Shown: positions 49,901 to 62,261 of the stretch, piece after piece
Position numbering within the stretch: position 1 is the stretch's first letter
Layout of the letters: every line of letters starts with the position of its first letter
Assembly: GCF_006345805.1 (NCBI RefSeq)
Contig: NC_043017.1
Span: forward strand, 19,220,001 to 19,284,000
Direction: 5' to 3'
Length of the DNA: 64,000 nt
DNA from: Octopus sinensis
Lineage: Eukaryota
Made by a program: the position numbers and the translations under genes
The notes under the pieces: model-generated
The model's input: only the letters and a program-made list of their open reading frames with translations
What the model was told of the DNA's origin: nothing
Database searches by the model: none

Positions 49901-51034
49901 CAAGAGTATCCAAGGAATTATATATATTTATACTTATGTACAAGAATTTATAACTGTTGTTTATTTGATCTATTTCATATGTTTTCGCTAATTACGGACG
50001 TGATTGCTACTGGAAGTACTCTTTTATGCGAAGAGTACGAAAATGTACCTCAATGAGTTGTTTACACAAACTGTTGTTGATTTCATAACTTCTATTTTAG
50101 AGAGTAATTAATGGAGGCTTCAAGAATCATCTGATAGTGACTGTGTGTATATACACACACACATATATATAGTTACCGTGTATATATAAATTTATATATA
50201 TATAGTAACTGTGTGTGTATATACAATTACTCTATATTTATATATATATAAATAAGTATATTTAGTTACTGTGTGTATATATAGATATAGTTTTACTGCA
50301 TGTGTGTATAAGTTACTCTGTGTATGTATATATATACATATATATAGTTATTCTATTTGTATTTTAAAGACTAAAGGTGTATTTGTTTCGGTAAGTATTT
50401 ACTTCTTGATATTTAACGTTATCATAATATCCATATAATTAACTTCATTATTTGAGTCTAATTATTGTCTGTCCTTCATTTAGTCATTTGGTGATGACGC
50501 ACTTTCACACAACAAATCCTTCATTTCGCTATATTTCTATATTTTACCAAAGGTTCTTAAAATAACGAATTAGGGTTGGTTATGAAAAATATTTTACTTT
50601 GGGAAATATCTTGGTTTTGTAATTTTTATGCAAAAAAAACAAAAAAACTCAAAATTTCCTAACGGTGTTATTTACATCACGTTGTCGACTTCAACGCGGA
50701 ACACAAGGCCAAATGTACAAAGAACGAACAAAACGTTTCTACTTTTCTCCACTAAATGCTGTTATTATTATTTTAATCATTCCTTCATTGTCCATCTTCC
50801 TTAAATTGTGAAATTCATTGATGTAGTCTGTTATATTTTTTTGCAACTCAAGTAACCTCAGCCCATTTGGGATAATCACCTCTCGTAAATTCCACCCTAT
50901 TTAGAATTTCAAATATAAATAATATGACATTGGTGTAAGTTTTGTAAATAGAATAATCACATATTTCAGATTTCGTAAGCACTGTCTAACTAAATATTTA
51001 ATTTTAATCCCAGCGCGTTTGAATTTCAAATATA

Positions 51035-51167
51035 ATTGTTACACATTCATATCTATGTGTATACGTAGGTATACGTGTGTAGAATACATCCCCACTTTTG
51101 GCACAGGTCGTACTGTTTACTAATAAAATAGTGCCAAACGTATACACAGATATGAATGTGTAACAAT
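51035..51167. repeat. Small inverted-repeat (MITE-like) element, ~30-bp arms
   Basis: ATTGTTACACATTCATATCTATGTGTATACGT...ACGTATACACAGATATGAATGTGTAACAAT (one 2-nt indel), plus an inner TTTGGCAC/GTGCCAAA pair. Confidence 0.8.
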
Positions 51168-52752
51168 AATGGTTTCTGATTTCGGCAGAAGACCAGTAAA
51201 TTTCAGGTGAGTGGGGCTAGTCGACACCATAGATCCCATTACTTGATTGGTACTTTATTTTATATCGACTCCGAGAGAATTTAAAACAAAGTGGACCCGA
51301 GTAAGATCTGAGGTCAGAATGCAACGAGTCGGAACATATACAGCAAAGCGTTTTTTCTGATGCTCTAACGATGCTGTCAGCTCCACAAAACTTCTATATA
51401 TTCTATATATCAGAATAGTTGATATATTTTTTGGCATTCCTTCAGGGTTGGTCTACAGAGGGTCAGTGTAAAGAGACGACGTCATTCACCCTCTTTTTCA
51501 GCCCAACCTCTTTATCCATGTCATGAGGGAATGTTGTATGGGGAGGATGACGACGTGTACCAATATCGAAGGATTGCCATTTTCTGTGACCACTGAGTAA
51601 GCATTATCAGTAAATATTTGAAGTATATACCTATTTCTTTATTACCCACAAGGGGCTAAACACAGAAGGGACAAACAAGGACAGACAAATGGATTAAGTC
51701 GATTATATCGACCCCAGTGCATAGCTGGTACTTATTTAATCGACGCCGAAAGGATGAAAGGCAAAGTCGACCTCGGTGGAATTTGAACTCAGAATGTAGC
51801 GTCAGACGAAATACCGCTAAGCATTTCGCCAGGCGTGCTAACTTTTCTGCCAGCTCACTGCCTTTTGAAGTATATACCACCATGCCCCCCCCCCGCCCAA
51901 TTAGTTCATGTTTTAATACTAATTTGAATTATAAAAATTAATCTGCAACATCAGGTTCTTTGGTATAGACTGTTATGTCGTCTTCCAGTGATTGTTTTAG
52001 CGATCTCAGAAGGCTGAATTGTAAAGTAGGTATGGAGAGGATTTGAACTTGGAATGTAAATGCATAAACGAACCACAAATTATTATTTTCCAATACTCGG
52101 CCATCTACTTGCTTACCTATCAAAAAATTTATCCCAGACGCTGTTCATGTACCTAAAATAACAGTTTTCAGACACCATAGTCTTCGGTAGCAATTCTCGT
52201 TTGATTATTGTTTAAGAGTTGATTACAAATGGCTCCTTGCATAGCTCACCTTATTCTCAGTATACCTTGGGCTATTTTTTCCTGCTCTTTTACATTTTGA
52301 GTTTAACTCCTTCCAATGTAGACTTTTCCTTTCATTCGTTCAGGCTCGGTAATAGAAAATATTGGCCAAGCACTGGGATCAATGTAATTAACTTTCTCCT
52401 CACAAAATTGTCAGCTATGTGCATAAATTATTGCTAAGATGGTAAACTGGCAGAAATGCTAATCATCAGACAATAAGGCTTTAGCAGCATTTGTTCTGGC
52501 TCTATATGTTGCGAGTTCAAATCCCACACGGGTCAGCTTGTCTTTCATCCTTTTGCAATTGAATGCTGGGGTTGATGTAATCAACTTACACATTCATCTG
52601 AAAAGTTGCTGGCCTTGTAGCAAAATTTGAAACTAATATTATTATTATTGTTATAATAAAACATCTGACTAGTTACTGTTTGTAAAAAGAAAAATGTAAT
52701 TATGTATATTTGTCATTTACATTTTTTTTTCTTTCTGAATTTAGGGAACTGG

Positions 52753-52867
52753 ATGGGCTCTGAACAAAGTAGCCTCCCAGCTGGTGCCCCAGGCAGCAGT
52801 CTGCGATCCCAGCGTGATGAAGACATTCCATATACAACATATTCAATAAGCAAACCCATCGATGGAG
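52753..52867 (+). CDS. BORCS5: BORCS5 (LOH12CR1/myrlysin), first coding exon
   Basis: Acceptor ttag at 52741-52744, ATG at 52753. Encodes MGSEQSSLPAGAPGSSLRSQRDEDIPYTTYSISKPIDG; MGSEQS is the myristoylated N-terminus of vertebrate BORCS5. Phase-1 donor gtaaag at 52868. Confidence 0.9.
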
Positions 52868-53940
52868 GTAAAGCATTTTCCATCATTGTATTATTATCAT
52901 CATCATCATCATCATTATTATTATTATTATTATGGCAGCAAGCTGGCTGAATCATTAGCATGCTGGGCAAAACGCTTAGCGGTATTTTGTCTGCTGTTAT
53001 GTTCTTAGTTCAAATTCTGCCAGGGTTGACTTTGCCTTTCATCCTTTCGGAGAGTCGATAAAATAAGTACCAGTCAAGTACTGGGGTTGATGTGATCAAC
53101 TTATCCCCTCCTCCAAGATTTCAGGCCTTTTCCCAACAGTTGAAAGGATTATTAATATTAAGGTGGTGAGCTGGCCGAATCGTTAGCACACTGGGTGAAA
53201 TGCTTAGCAGTATTTCATCCGCTGCTATGTTTTGAGTTCAAATTCCACCAAGGTAAACTTTGCCTTTCATCCTTTTGGGATCAATAAGTACCAGTGAAAC
53301 ACAGGGGTTGATAATCAACTAGACCCCTCCCCACAAATGGCTGCCCTTGTGGAAGATTTTGAAACTATTATTATTATTGGGATTAAGCAAAATGCTTTGT
53401 TATGCTTAGTTGTGTCTGTTTATGTTCCTGCTTCTCACCTGTCAGAGTTGATAAAAGAAGTATCGGGGAAATATTGCAGGGACATGCCATCAGTAATTAC
53501 TCAGGGTAGTCAGTTGGTGACCTTTATGTAGTAAAAACACACAAAAATAAACAAAACACAGGCACGTAACTGAGTTGAAGGCAGATTTACTTCTGCCTTT
53601 TATAATACGTAAAGAAAACGTTGCTGTAGGAATGTACACAGCACATGTTGTACTACAGCAGTCCTATGTGTGGCTTAAATACTGAGATTGAAAGGCAGGG
53701 ACGAATTATGCCTACCTAATCTACAAAAAAAAAACATTTTGCATTTTATGCATAGTAGTCAGAGTAACCTTCATAATTTTATTGAATTAGGTGCATATTT
53801 TGCGATAAAAGGAAAATGTTGCTATCAATCTATTTTATTCAAGATAGGCACCTTGTCTACCTAGGCGGCACATCCCTGGAATATTGGATTGATTTAACAG
53901 ACTAGAACCATTCCTGTTAAGAAAAGAAACTAAACTAAGG

Positions 53941-54130
53941 TAGCAGAATAGCCTAAATTGCTAATGCTTGATACACCTTGCTGTATTAGACATTAGCAGT
54001 ATAGCCTCACTTGGTTATAGTTAGGGCATCTTGCTATAATGGACTTTAGCAGAATAGCCCAATTGCTAGTGCATAGGACACCTTGCTGTATTGGCTATTA
54101 GCAGAATAGCCTCATTTACTAGCACTAAGT
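53941..54130. repeat. 53-bp tandem repeat, ~3.5 copies
   Basis: TAGCAG(A/T)ATAGCC starts at 53941, 53994, 54047 and 54099. Confidence 0.85.
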
Positions 54131-54475
54131 GATTGACAGATCTTCTTGTTAAGATGAAACTATTTAACTAGAATAGTAAAAATATTTTAGAATATGTTTA
54201 GAAGATGGTGTGGCAGACATTCTGTAACATAATCAGGAATGTGGTTGCCCAGCAAGTGATAGAAACAAGGTTCCAGTCCCATCAATAGACCAGTTATTAT
54301 TTGTCTCAGACTTGGTGCTTATGTCACCTAATGTTATTTAGCTATTTAAATCACAGTTATTTCATCATTGGAATTGCTGTCCTTGTTTTAATTAAGAATT
54401 CAGAGGCCTTTTTTTAATTTGTTTTGTTTAAGTTTTCATGGTTGCTGATGCCAGTGTTTGGATTTTGTCATTTAA

Positions 54476-54696
54476 CCCTTTAGTATTCACATTATTCTGC
54501 CAAAATTAATGCTTCTTCATCCACATTGTTTTGAACAAATCATGCATTATCTTGTAGCTATGAAATTTTGATGAGGTAGCTGTTAATTTTTAAAACGATA
54601 TTGTAGGGTTGGTGTGAGAGACCAGATCTGGCCAGTTTGAACATAAAACAGGCAGAATACTTTTGGCCGGATATGGCCGGTTTAAATGCTAAAGGG
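54476..54696. mobile_element. piggyBac-type MITE, family P1
   Basis: TTAA|CCCTTTAGTATT...AATGCTAAAGGG|TTAA; homologous to 4560-4779. Confidence 0.85.
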
Positions 54697-57319
54697 TTAA
54701 AGTACAAACCATGAAAAATCCCTCGTCAAAAGCAGCCGCCTTCAAATATGAAGTAATTAAGCTGTAATTAATCAAATATGAAGAGCCATGATTCACATTT
54801 GAAATTGGGGAGATGCTAGATGGTTTTAAACATTGGTTGTTTATATGTATTGATCTCTTGAAAAGATTCGGGAAATATTTGTCCGTCATCATTGTCATTG
54901 AATCTCTCGATACAATTCAGCAAGTTGGTGGAGTGTTGAGCTCCAATATTTGCTCCAGCATGGTTTCTACAGCTAGATGCCTGATCCAACACCAACCACT
55001 TTACAGAGTGTGCTGGGTGCTTTTGTGGCACTAGCACTCGTGAGATCGCCATGTAGCTTGCAAGATGGCAAAAACAAGGTCTTCTGATTGAGTTGGGAGA
55101 GTATAGTAAAGAGTGAGCAAGTGTTGAGAGGTTTAAAGTATGATAAAGGGATAGGACATGGGTGTCTTGCTATAGAGGAGAGACACAGCTACCCACTGCA
55201 TTGCATAAGGGTGGCAAGCTGGCAAAATTGTTAGCACGCTGGACGAAATGCTCAGCGGTATTTCTCCCGTTGCTGCGATCTGAGTTCAAATTCCGCCAAG
55301 CTTGACTTTTACTTTCCTCCTTTGTGGGCCGATAAATTAAGCACCAGTTGAGCACTGGGGTTGATGTAATCGACTAGTCCCCTTCCCCCCCAAATTTCAG
55401 GCCTTGTGTCTATAGTAGAAAGGATTGTATAAGGGTGGATGGGAGTAGCCAGAAAGAGATGAATATAGTGGTGATGATGAGGTGTCAGGGCAAAGTCTTA
55501 AAATACAAGAAGATGAGAAGAAGAAAGAATAAGGACAGAGAGACAAGAATGATGAGTAGAATAGATTGCATGAAGAGAGTGACAGATGGTTAGAGATGAA
55601 TGGAGTGAATAGTGAACCTGGGTGGGGGGTATGGTCAATGGTTGATGTTGTTTTGAGGTGTGGGGAGTGAAAGTAAGAGGAGATAAGTGTTTACATTAAT
55701 GGTAAATCAATCTTTTATATGAACTCTTTGATACTTTAGCAGTTTTTTGTGTCCACCAAAATGTTTTATAAGGTTAATATTTACATTAAAATCTTCCATC
55801 ATAATTTTATCAAAACAAACCTTTTTGTTATGGTGTTCCAAATATCGTTTTAATATGAAATTTAAATAAAGGAAAAACTGTAATTATTGTAATAAATCAA
55901 TCATTTTAAAAATTAATGCAAAATCACGTAAATTAGTGTAGTTCATTAGAAATAGAGCCACAAAAGAGTTTTAAAACATGTTAGCAAAATCTCAGGTTTT
56001 ACAATTTTTATACTCTTATACTTTTTCAATATATTCTGTGTATCAAGATTTTGAAAAGATCTTGTCATGTTTCCAAAAGGTCCTCTCTAACTTTGAAAAT
56101 TTCCTTCCTACAAGTTTGCAAAAGAAACTGAAATTTGCCAAAAATACTGCAAGGTTTCTAGAACGGTATTGCAAAGTTTGCAAAAGGTACATATTGTAAA
56201 ATTTTCCAAAGGATCTGCAAGAGTTTCTAAAGTGCTCTGTGAAGTTTCCAAAAAATCCTTTGAAAATCTTACAAGATCTTGTAAGACATGTATATTGAAC
56301 AGTAGATGAGATTTAATGCAACAATGATTGATATATTACTGAATGAATAATGCCTCTTTTCACTGATTAGGTTTTACTGTATTTAGTGGCATAAAAGAAG
56401 CTTGGACGTATTAGACACACTCCAGTTTCAGTAGAGCACATTTAGAAAACGAAAGTTTTGAGTGCATTAAAGTTTCTAATATAAACCCAACTTCACAACA
56501 TAGGACCGAGGGTGATTTTTCTATTTTTTGAGACTTTTTTTTTAAGAATATGCTATCAATTATGGTAAGTCATGGATTTAAAATTGAAGGCTGAGTTACT
56601 GAGTAGTAAAGATTGTTTGCCAACATAACATGGCAGTCCTAGTTTAGGACGAATCTTGTTGTGAGATTTAAAAATAGTAATTTTCTAATTTATAGATCAG
56701 TGACTAGTTGTCACTTTGAAAACTATATATTTTGAATGGGAATTTGGCAGCACCACCTCTGGCCAAACAATTGTTCTGTGCTGATGAAGGGAGATAGCCT
56801 GGAAGTTGCGATACACAGATGTTGTTTTGAGCTGAATGGGGGTGCTGGATTCCCTTTTTTGAAAATATAAGGACATCGATCGTGTTGTGTAGCCAGCTGG
56901 AGACGATGTCTCCTGGGGCTAAATTACAGCATCATTTGTCGTAAACCAGGACTGCCATGTTATGTTGGCAAACAATCTTTACTACAAAGTACTGATGCTG
57001 AATATCTCTAATATCTCTCGTTGTGAGATTTATAAATAGTGAGTTACTGAGGTTTTTCATTGTAAAACATATTCACAATTGCTGTCTTAAGAGAGCGGGA
57101 GAGATCATCATCATTTAACGTCCGTTCTCCATGGGTTGGACGGTTCAACCAGGGATCTGGGAAGCCAGAAGGCTGCACCAGGCTCCAGTCTGATCTAGCA
57201 GTGTTTCTACAGCTGGATGCCCTTCCTAACGCCAACCACTCCGTGAGTGTAGTGGGTGCTTTTTACGTGCCACTGGCACAGGTGCCAGGTGAGGCTGTTA
57301 TATAAATGGATCCTGTTAT

Positions 57320-57605
57320 ATAAATGGAACAAGAGCTGGAAAATCAGGTAAAGATGACTGCAACTATCTACTCACTGCATGTGCCACCCTGAACTGGAAG
57401 CATCCAGATTAGTTTTGGGGGATCCACTTCATGGTGATGTAAGAAGAGGAAAATCTTATCACATTTACATCGACAACTTGATTGCAGACACTGGGTCGGA
57501 GTGTATGCAGGACCTAGAGGCAGTGATGACGGATGGAGAAATGTGGCAGGTGGGCCTTGTTGCTGCAGCCCTGGTTGGAACTCGGCCATAATAAAAGTAA
57601 TAATA
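57320..57605 (+). mobile_element. RTE-like LINE 3' end
   Basis: CMCHPELEASRLVLGDPLHGDVRRGKSYHIYIDNLIADTG...M.D..MW resembles the RTE-type C-terminus (GHCxRHxE...L.W.P.HG...RG....YID.L..DTG); (TAA)n-like tail. Confidence 0.7.
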
Positions 57606-57719
57606 AATAAGAACTGGCCTTGAAATCTTGAGTTATTCCTTTCTATAAGACAAACAAACTAAATACCAGTGATGAGGCTGAGTCGTTCATCATATGCTGT
57701 CACATGTTTTTACAAAGCA

Positions 57720-58107
57720 CCCCCTTTGCTTGCGAAGACATGTTGGGGCAAGCGAAATCGAAATCGAATTGAACCAGCCAGGATCCCTGGTCTGGTGGTA
57801 CGTAAAAAGCACTATCCGACTTGTGGCTGATGCCAGCGCCGCCTCGACTGGCTTCCGTGCCGGTGGCACATAAAATACACCAATCCGACCGTGTCCGTTG
57901 CCAGCCTCGCCTGGCACCTGTGCAGGTGGCACGTAAAAAGCACCCACTACACTCACGGAGTGATTGGCGTTAGGAAGGGCATCCAGCTGTAGAAACACTG
58001 CCAGATCAGACTGGAGCCTGGCGCAGCCTTCTGGCTTCCCAGATCCCCGGTCGAACCGTCCAACCCATGCCAGCATGGAGAACGGACGTTAAACGATGAT
58101 GATGATG
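57720..58107 (+). mobile_element. Family C element flanked by a ~111-bp direct repeat
   Basis: Family C core with (GAT)n tail; 57609-57719 is repeated at 58108-58219. Confidence 0.9.
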
Positions 58108-59519
58108 AAGAACTAGCCTTGAAGTCTTGAGTTATTCCTTTCTATAAGACCAACAAACTAAACCCCAGTGATGAGGCTGAGTCGTTCATCATATGCTGTC
58201 ACATGTTTTCTACAAAGCATACACACATGCACACACACAATGGTAGGCAGTACTTTTGTAACCAATTAACACCTGGTATAATTACTGTGGTTTATTATCT
58301 TCTATCTTACATTCTGAATTTAGTTGGATGATTTAGAATAAATTGAAACATTGTATATTCAACCAACAAATCACATCTTAATTAATTAACTCTGTCAAGC
58401 ACTTGTACTTTTCATATTGGTAAATATTTTTTCAGTGCCAAAATCTCCTAATTCTAGTGATGATGAAGGTAAGCAATAAAATATATTTTAGACATTGAAA
58501 AATTTAAAAAAAAAAAAAAATTTTTGGTGTAATTTTTATGGAAGAGAATAATTTTTTTTTTAAATCCACAAAAATACCCTTTTGTATTGAAATTTAATCT
58601 CTTTGCTATCCTAATCTATGAATGTCTTGGAGTAGGTAATTGAAATAGTTCTTTATTCTTCAGGACTGTCTTACAAACACTCTCTCTCTTTCTATAGTCC
58701 TTAGCATCTTTGTGTATGGCTCTACTGTAGATTCAGAACCTCTATAGTCTTTATCCATCTTGTGCCACTCAGCTCTACCAGTAGATACTTTCTCTCAACT
58801 CTGTGGCTGTTATAAACTCTGCAATTGTTACTTTAGAGGATCATTGTTAGTCTTAAATCTCCTTCATCAAAACTTTTCCCTCTAAACTTCAAGCATGTTC
58901 TATTGGTACTTCGGTTCTTTCTACCATTCTTGCAGCATCATCTTGGAAAGATTTCCAATTTCTATTTCAACTGGAATGGACTGACTACTAACCGTACTAA
59001 TAACGTATTTTTATGCTTTAACGAGTATTTCTAGGATGTTATATTAAACAATAACAAACTAACACTGCTTTGTATTTTCAGTATGAAATGAAAATTTTGT
59101 TGATTGCTTATTTTAATGTCCCTCTCCCAACATTTTTGTTCTAACTAACGACACAATTATTTTAATTTATTTGTTTTTGCTTTTAAACTAATATTAAAAT
59201 TTCTATTAACATATATTTAGTCATCAATGTATTGTCTTTTGTGTTTTTTTTTTTCATAAAAATTGTAAAAACAAACAAAATTTCTTTCCATTTTGTTTTT
59301 AACAACAAATATAATAATTGTTATAATTTTTGTTGAACAATTTTATTGTGAAAACTTAAATGGGGTTAGGGTTTCTATCAGTGAAGGGTTTATCACCTTA
59401 ATGGAATTTGCATTTAATTTGTTAGTCTGGAGAAGAAGGAGGATACTACTCCTCACCCTCTTAGTCCTTCCCAGACATTATGAACAGTGCCCATCTGTCT
59501 TTTCAGTTTCTTCCATACT

Positions 59520-59720
59520 GGGGAAAAGGCTATGGGATGTGCTCCTAGCCTTTGTAGTTCTTCTCAGGTTGGGAAAAGGCTATGGACTGGCCCTAGTTTT
59601 TTTTTTTTTTTTTTTTTTGTCCCTCTCAGGTTGGGGAAAAGGCTACGGAATATGCCCCCTAGCCTTCTTTAATCCCTCTCAGAGAAGGGAAAGTTTATGG
59701 ATAGTGCTCATAGCTTTTAC
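59520..59720. repeat. Four ~50-60 bp tandem units with an internal AAGGCTA...TAGCCTT-type hairpin
   Basis: GGGAAAAGGCTA(T/C)GG...CCTAG...CTCTCAG is repeated; the fourth unit is degenerate. Confidence 0.75.
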
Positions 59721-61311
59721 ACCTCCCCTACAATTTCATTCTGAAAACAATCACATCATTGAAATCTTGAAGCTTCAAGATAATTCCTGATTAATTCAAA
59801 ACAATGTGAATAAATAAGCATTAGATCTGACAGAGTAAACTGAATGCTAAGGGGTCGAACATGTGTATAGAATTTAGTTATAATTATTCTGAAAACAACT
59901 TTGAAAATATCTAACTTAACAAATCTCTGTTCATCTCGTTATAACATTTGTGTTGCTGTATTTTTTTTCCCTTTTTTTATCTTTTAATTTTCTTTTTCCT
60001 TTTTTTATTTTTTAATTTTCTTTTTACTTTTAAAAAAAATTCTTTTATTTCTACCTGCTTTCCATTTGGTTGTTAATTAATACAGCATCTTCCTGTCATT
60101 GCAACAACTTACTAAAAATTTACTGTCAGTTAAGTTGGTATTGCTTCAATAAAAAGTTGTGAGGTGAAATAATGTGTCTAGGAGAGGAGAGACTGTACTG
60201 AAGCTTTCACATTTAAATTACAATCTCTATCAAAATATAATTTTAAATATAATCGATATTGTGAGTATTTAGTTAATCATCATCATCATCATCATTTAAC
60301 ATTGATTTAACCCCTCCCTGAAATTGCCGGCCTTGTGCCATAATTTAAAATCATATTTTTAAGGTAGCAAACTGGCAGAATCGTTAGCTCTTTGGGCAAA
60401 ATGTTCAGTGGCTTTTTGTCCATCTTTACGTTCTGAGTTCAAATTCTGCCATGGTCAACTTTCATCCTTTTGGGCTTGATAAGATAAGTACCAGTTTGAA
60501 TACTGCCCCCTCCCCTCAAAATTGTTGGCCTATTGCCAAAATTATAAAGAATTATTATGATTGTTGTTGTTATTATTAAAAATGGGGGTAGCTCCAGAGT
60601 CTCAAACAAAATACCTTTTACAATTATCTCCTTTTGTTCTAAGTTCAAATCCCACCAGGCTCAACTTTTCCTTTCATCCTTATGGGCTTGTAAAACAAAG
60701 TGCCAGTCAAGTACTGGAGTGGCTGCAATCAGCAAGCCCCCCCCCCCCTCTACAAACCCAATTGCCTTGTGCCTAAATTAGAAACCCTCATTATTATTAT
60801 TGTTATTTATTATTATTAGTAGTATTTTTATTGTTATTGTTAATTTAGATTATTCTGCTTGTATCGATATAATGAAAATAATCTATACATCAAAATAATG
60901 TCTATTATTCTTTTTGTCAGTATTTGTATGTTCAGATGTTACACCTTAAGCAACCTTAACCATGGAACAGCATTGAAGACACCTAACCATAAATTTGTGG
61001 ACCAATCTTATGAAAGTCCATAAATTTATGCATCAAAATAGAAATGTAGACATGGAATTTCCGTGGGTTCCACTAATTATTATTTTGAAACTATTATTTT
61101 TAAAACTGTTTTTTAATTGGTGTTGTTTAACTCTTTGCCTGTCTTGTTTATTATATGTGATACACAGGACATATTTTCCAGACAGCTACCATTTGCATGG
61201 TACCAATATCTGCCACAACTACGATTTTAACTGGCTTGACCGGTCTTCTTCTCAAACACGGCATAATGCCAGAGGTCTCGGTCATTCATCATTGCCTCCA
61301 TACATTACTCT

Positions 61312-61697
61312 TTTACTTGTTTTAGTCATTTGACTGCGGCCATGCTGGAGCACCTCCTTTAGTCGAGCAACTCGACTAAAGGACTTATTCTTTGTAAGTC
61401 TAGTACTTATTCTATCGGTCTCTTTTGCCGAACTGCTAAGTTACGTAAACACATCACCATCGGTTGTCAAGCGATGTTGGAGGAACGAACACAGACACAC
61501 AAACTCACACACATATATATATACATATATATGATGGGCTTCTTTCAGTTTCCGTCTACCAAATCCACTCACAAGGCTTTGGTCAGCCCGAGGCTATAGT
61601 AGAAGACACTTGCCCAAGGTGCCACGCAGTGGGACTGAACCCGGAACCATGTGGTTGGTGAGCAAGCTACTTACCACACAGCCACTCCTGCGCCTAT
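61312..61697 (-). mobile_element. SINE family A, full length
   Basis: Reverse complement of the family A consensus seen at 22509-22893. Confidence 0.9.
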
Positions 61698-61926
61698 ATA
61701 CATTGTATATGATAGACATTCGAAATTTTTATCAACCACCAAATTAACTTGGGGCTTATGTAAGTAAGGCTTTATATCAATCAGAACATATGAAACAAGG
61801 ATTAACTAAAAGTCTGAACACAGACATGGACATTTTGGACAAATTTTTGAAAATGCTTTGGACAGGCAAAGGGTCAAGTATGTTTTTTTTTGTGTTTTTC
61901 CTAATTTTTGTGAATTCCAATTTTAG

Positions 61927-62261
61927 AGTCGCCACGATCTTCCCCTCGCTCTCTCAACAGACAGCGGCAGGTTCACAGGGGCGAACGTCAGAGTACACCG
62001 AAGCATGACATTGTAATTGTGGCTGAAGGTGGACCGCTACAGAAGGACCCTGATCCTGAACAGACCAAGCTGAATGCCATCCCTGTCTTTCAACCTGTGC
62101 TCAAGAGATCGATCAATGGGGGTCGAGGAGAAATGGAATACATTGACAAACTGGACCACCGCCAGGTGCTGTTGCTCTGTCTCCGTTACCAGCAGCACTT
62201 GAAGCAGTTGTCAGAAGCTGTTGCTTTTGATCAGAATGCTCTCTGTATCCGAGTTAAAGAG
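61927..62261 (+). CDS. BORCS5: BORCS5, second coding exon
   Basis: Acceptor ttttag at 61921-61926; phase 1 joins the exon ending at 52867 in frame (G|AG = Glu). Encodes SPRSSPRS...KHDIVIVAEGG...DPEQTKLNAIPVFQPVLK...[38 protein letters not shown] (vertebrate DIVVVAQG...DPDVIKLQEIPTFQPLLK...[38 protein letters not shown]). Donor gtaagt at 62262. Confidence 0.97.

Noticed and set aside
59520-59720. CRISPR-like repeat/spacer appearance
   Set aside because: Eukaryotic intron, degenerate repeats, no unique constant-length spacers, no cas genes.
59293-59790. 165-aa hydrophobic ORF
   Set aside because: Alternative start codon, runs through a tandem repeat, poly-T and a MITE inside the BORCS5 intron.
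32879-62261. IST1 and BORCS5 as a functional endolysosomal gene cluster
   Set aside because: Two housekeeping genes ~18 kb apart are adequately explained by chance; no evidence of co-regulation in the sequence, and I know of no conserved linkage.
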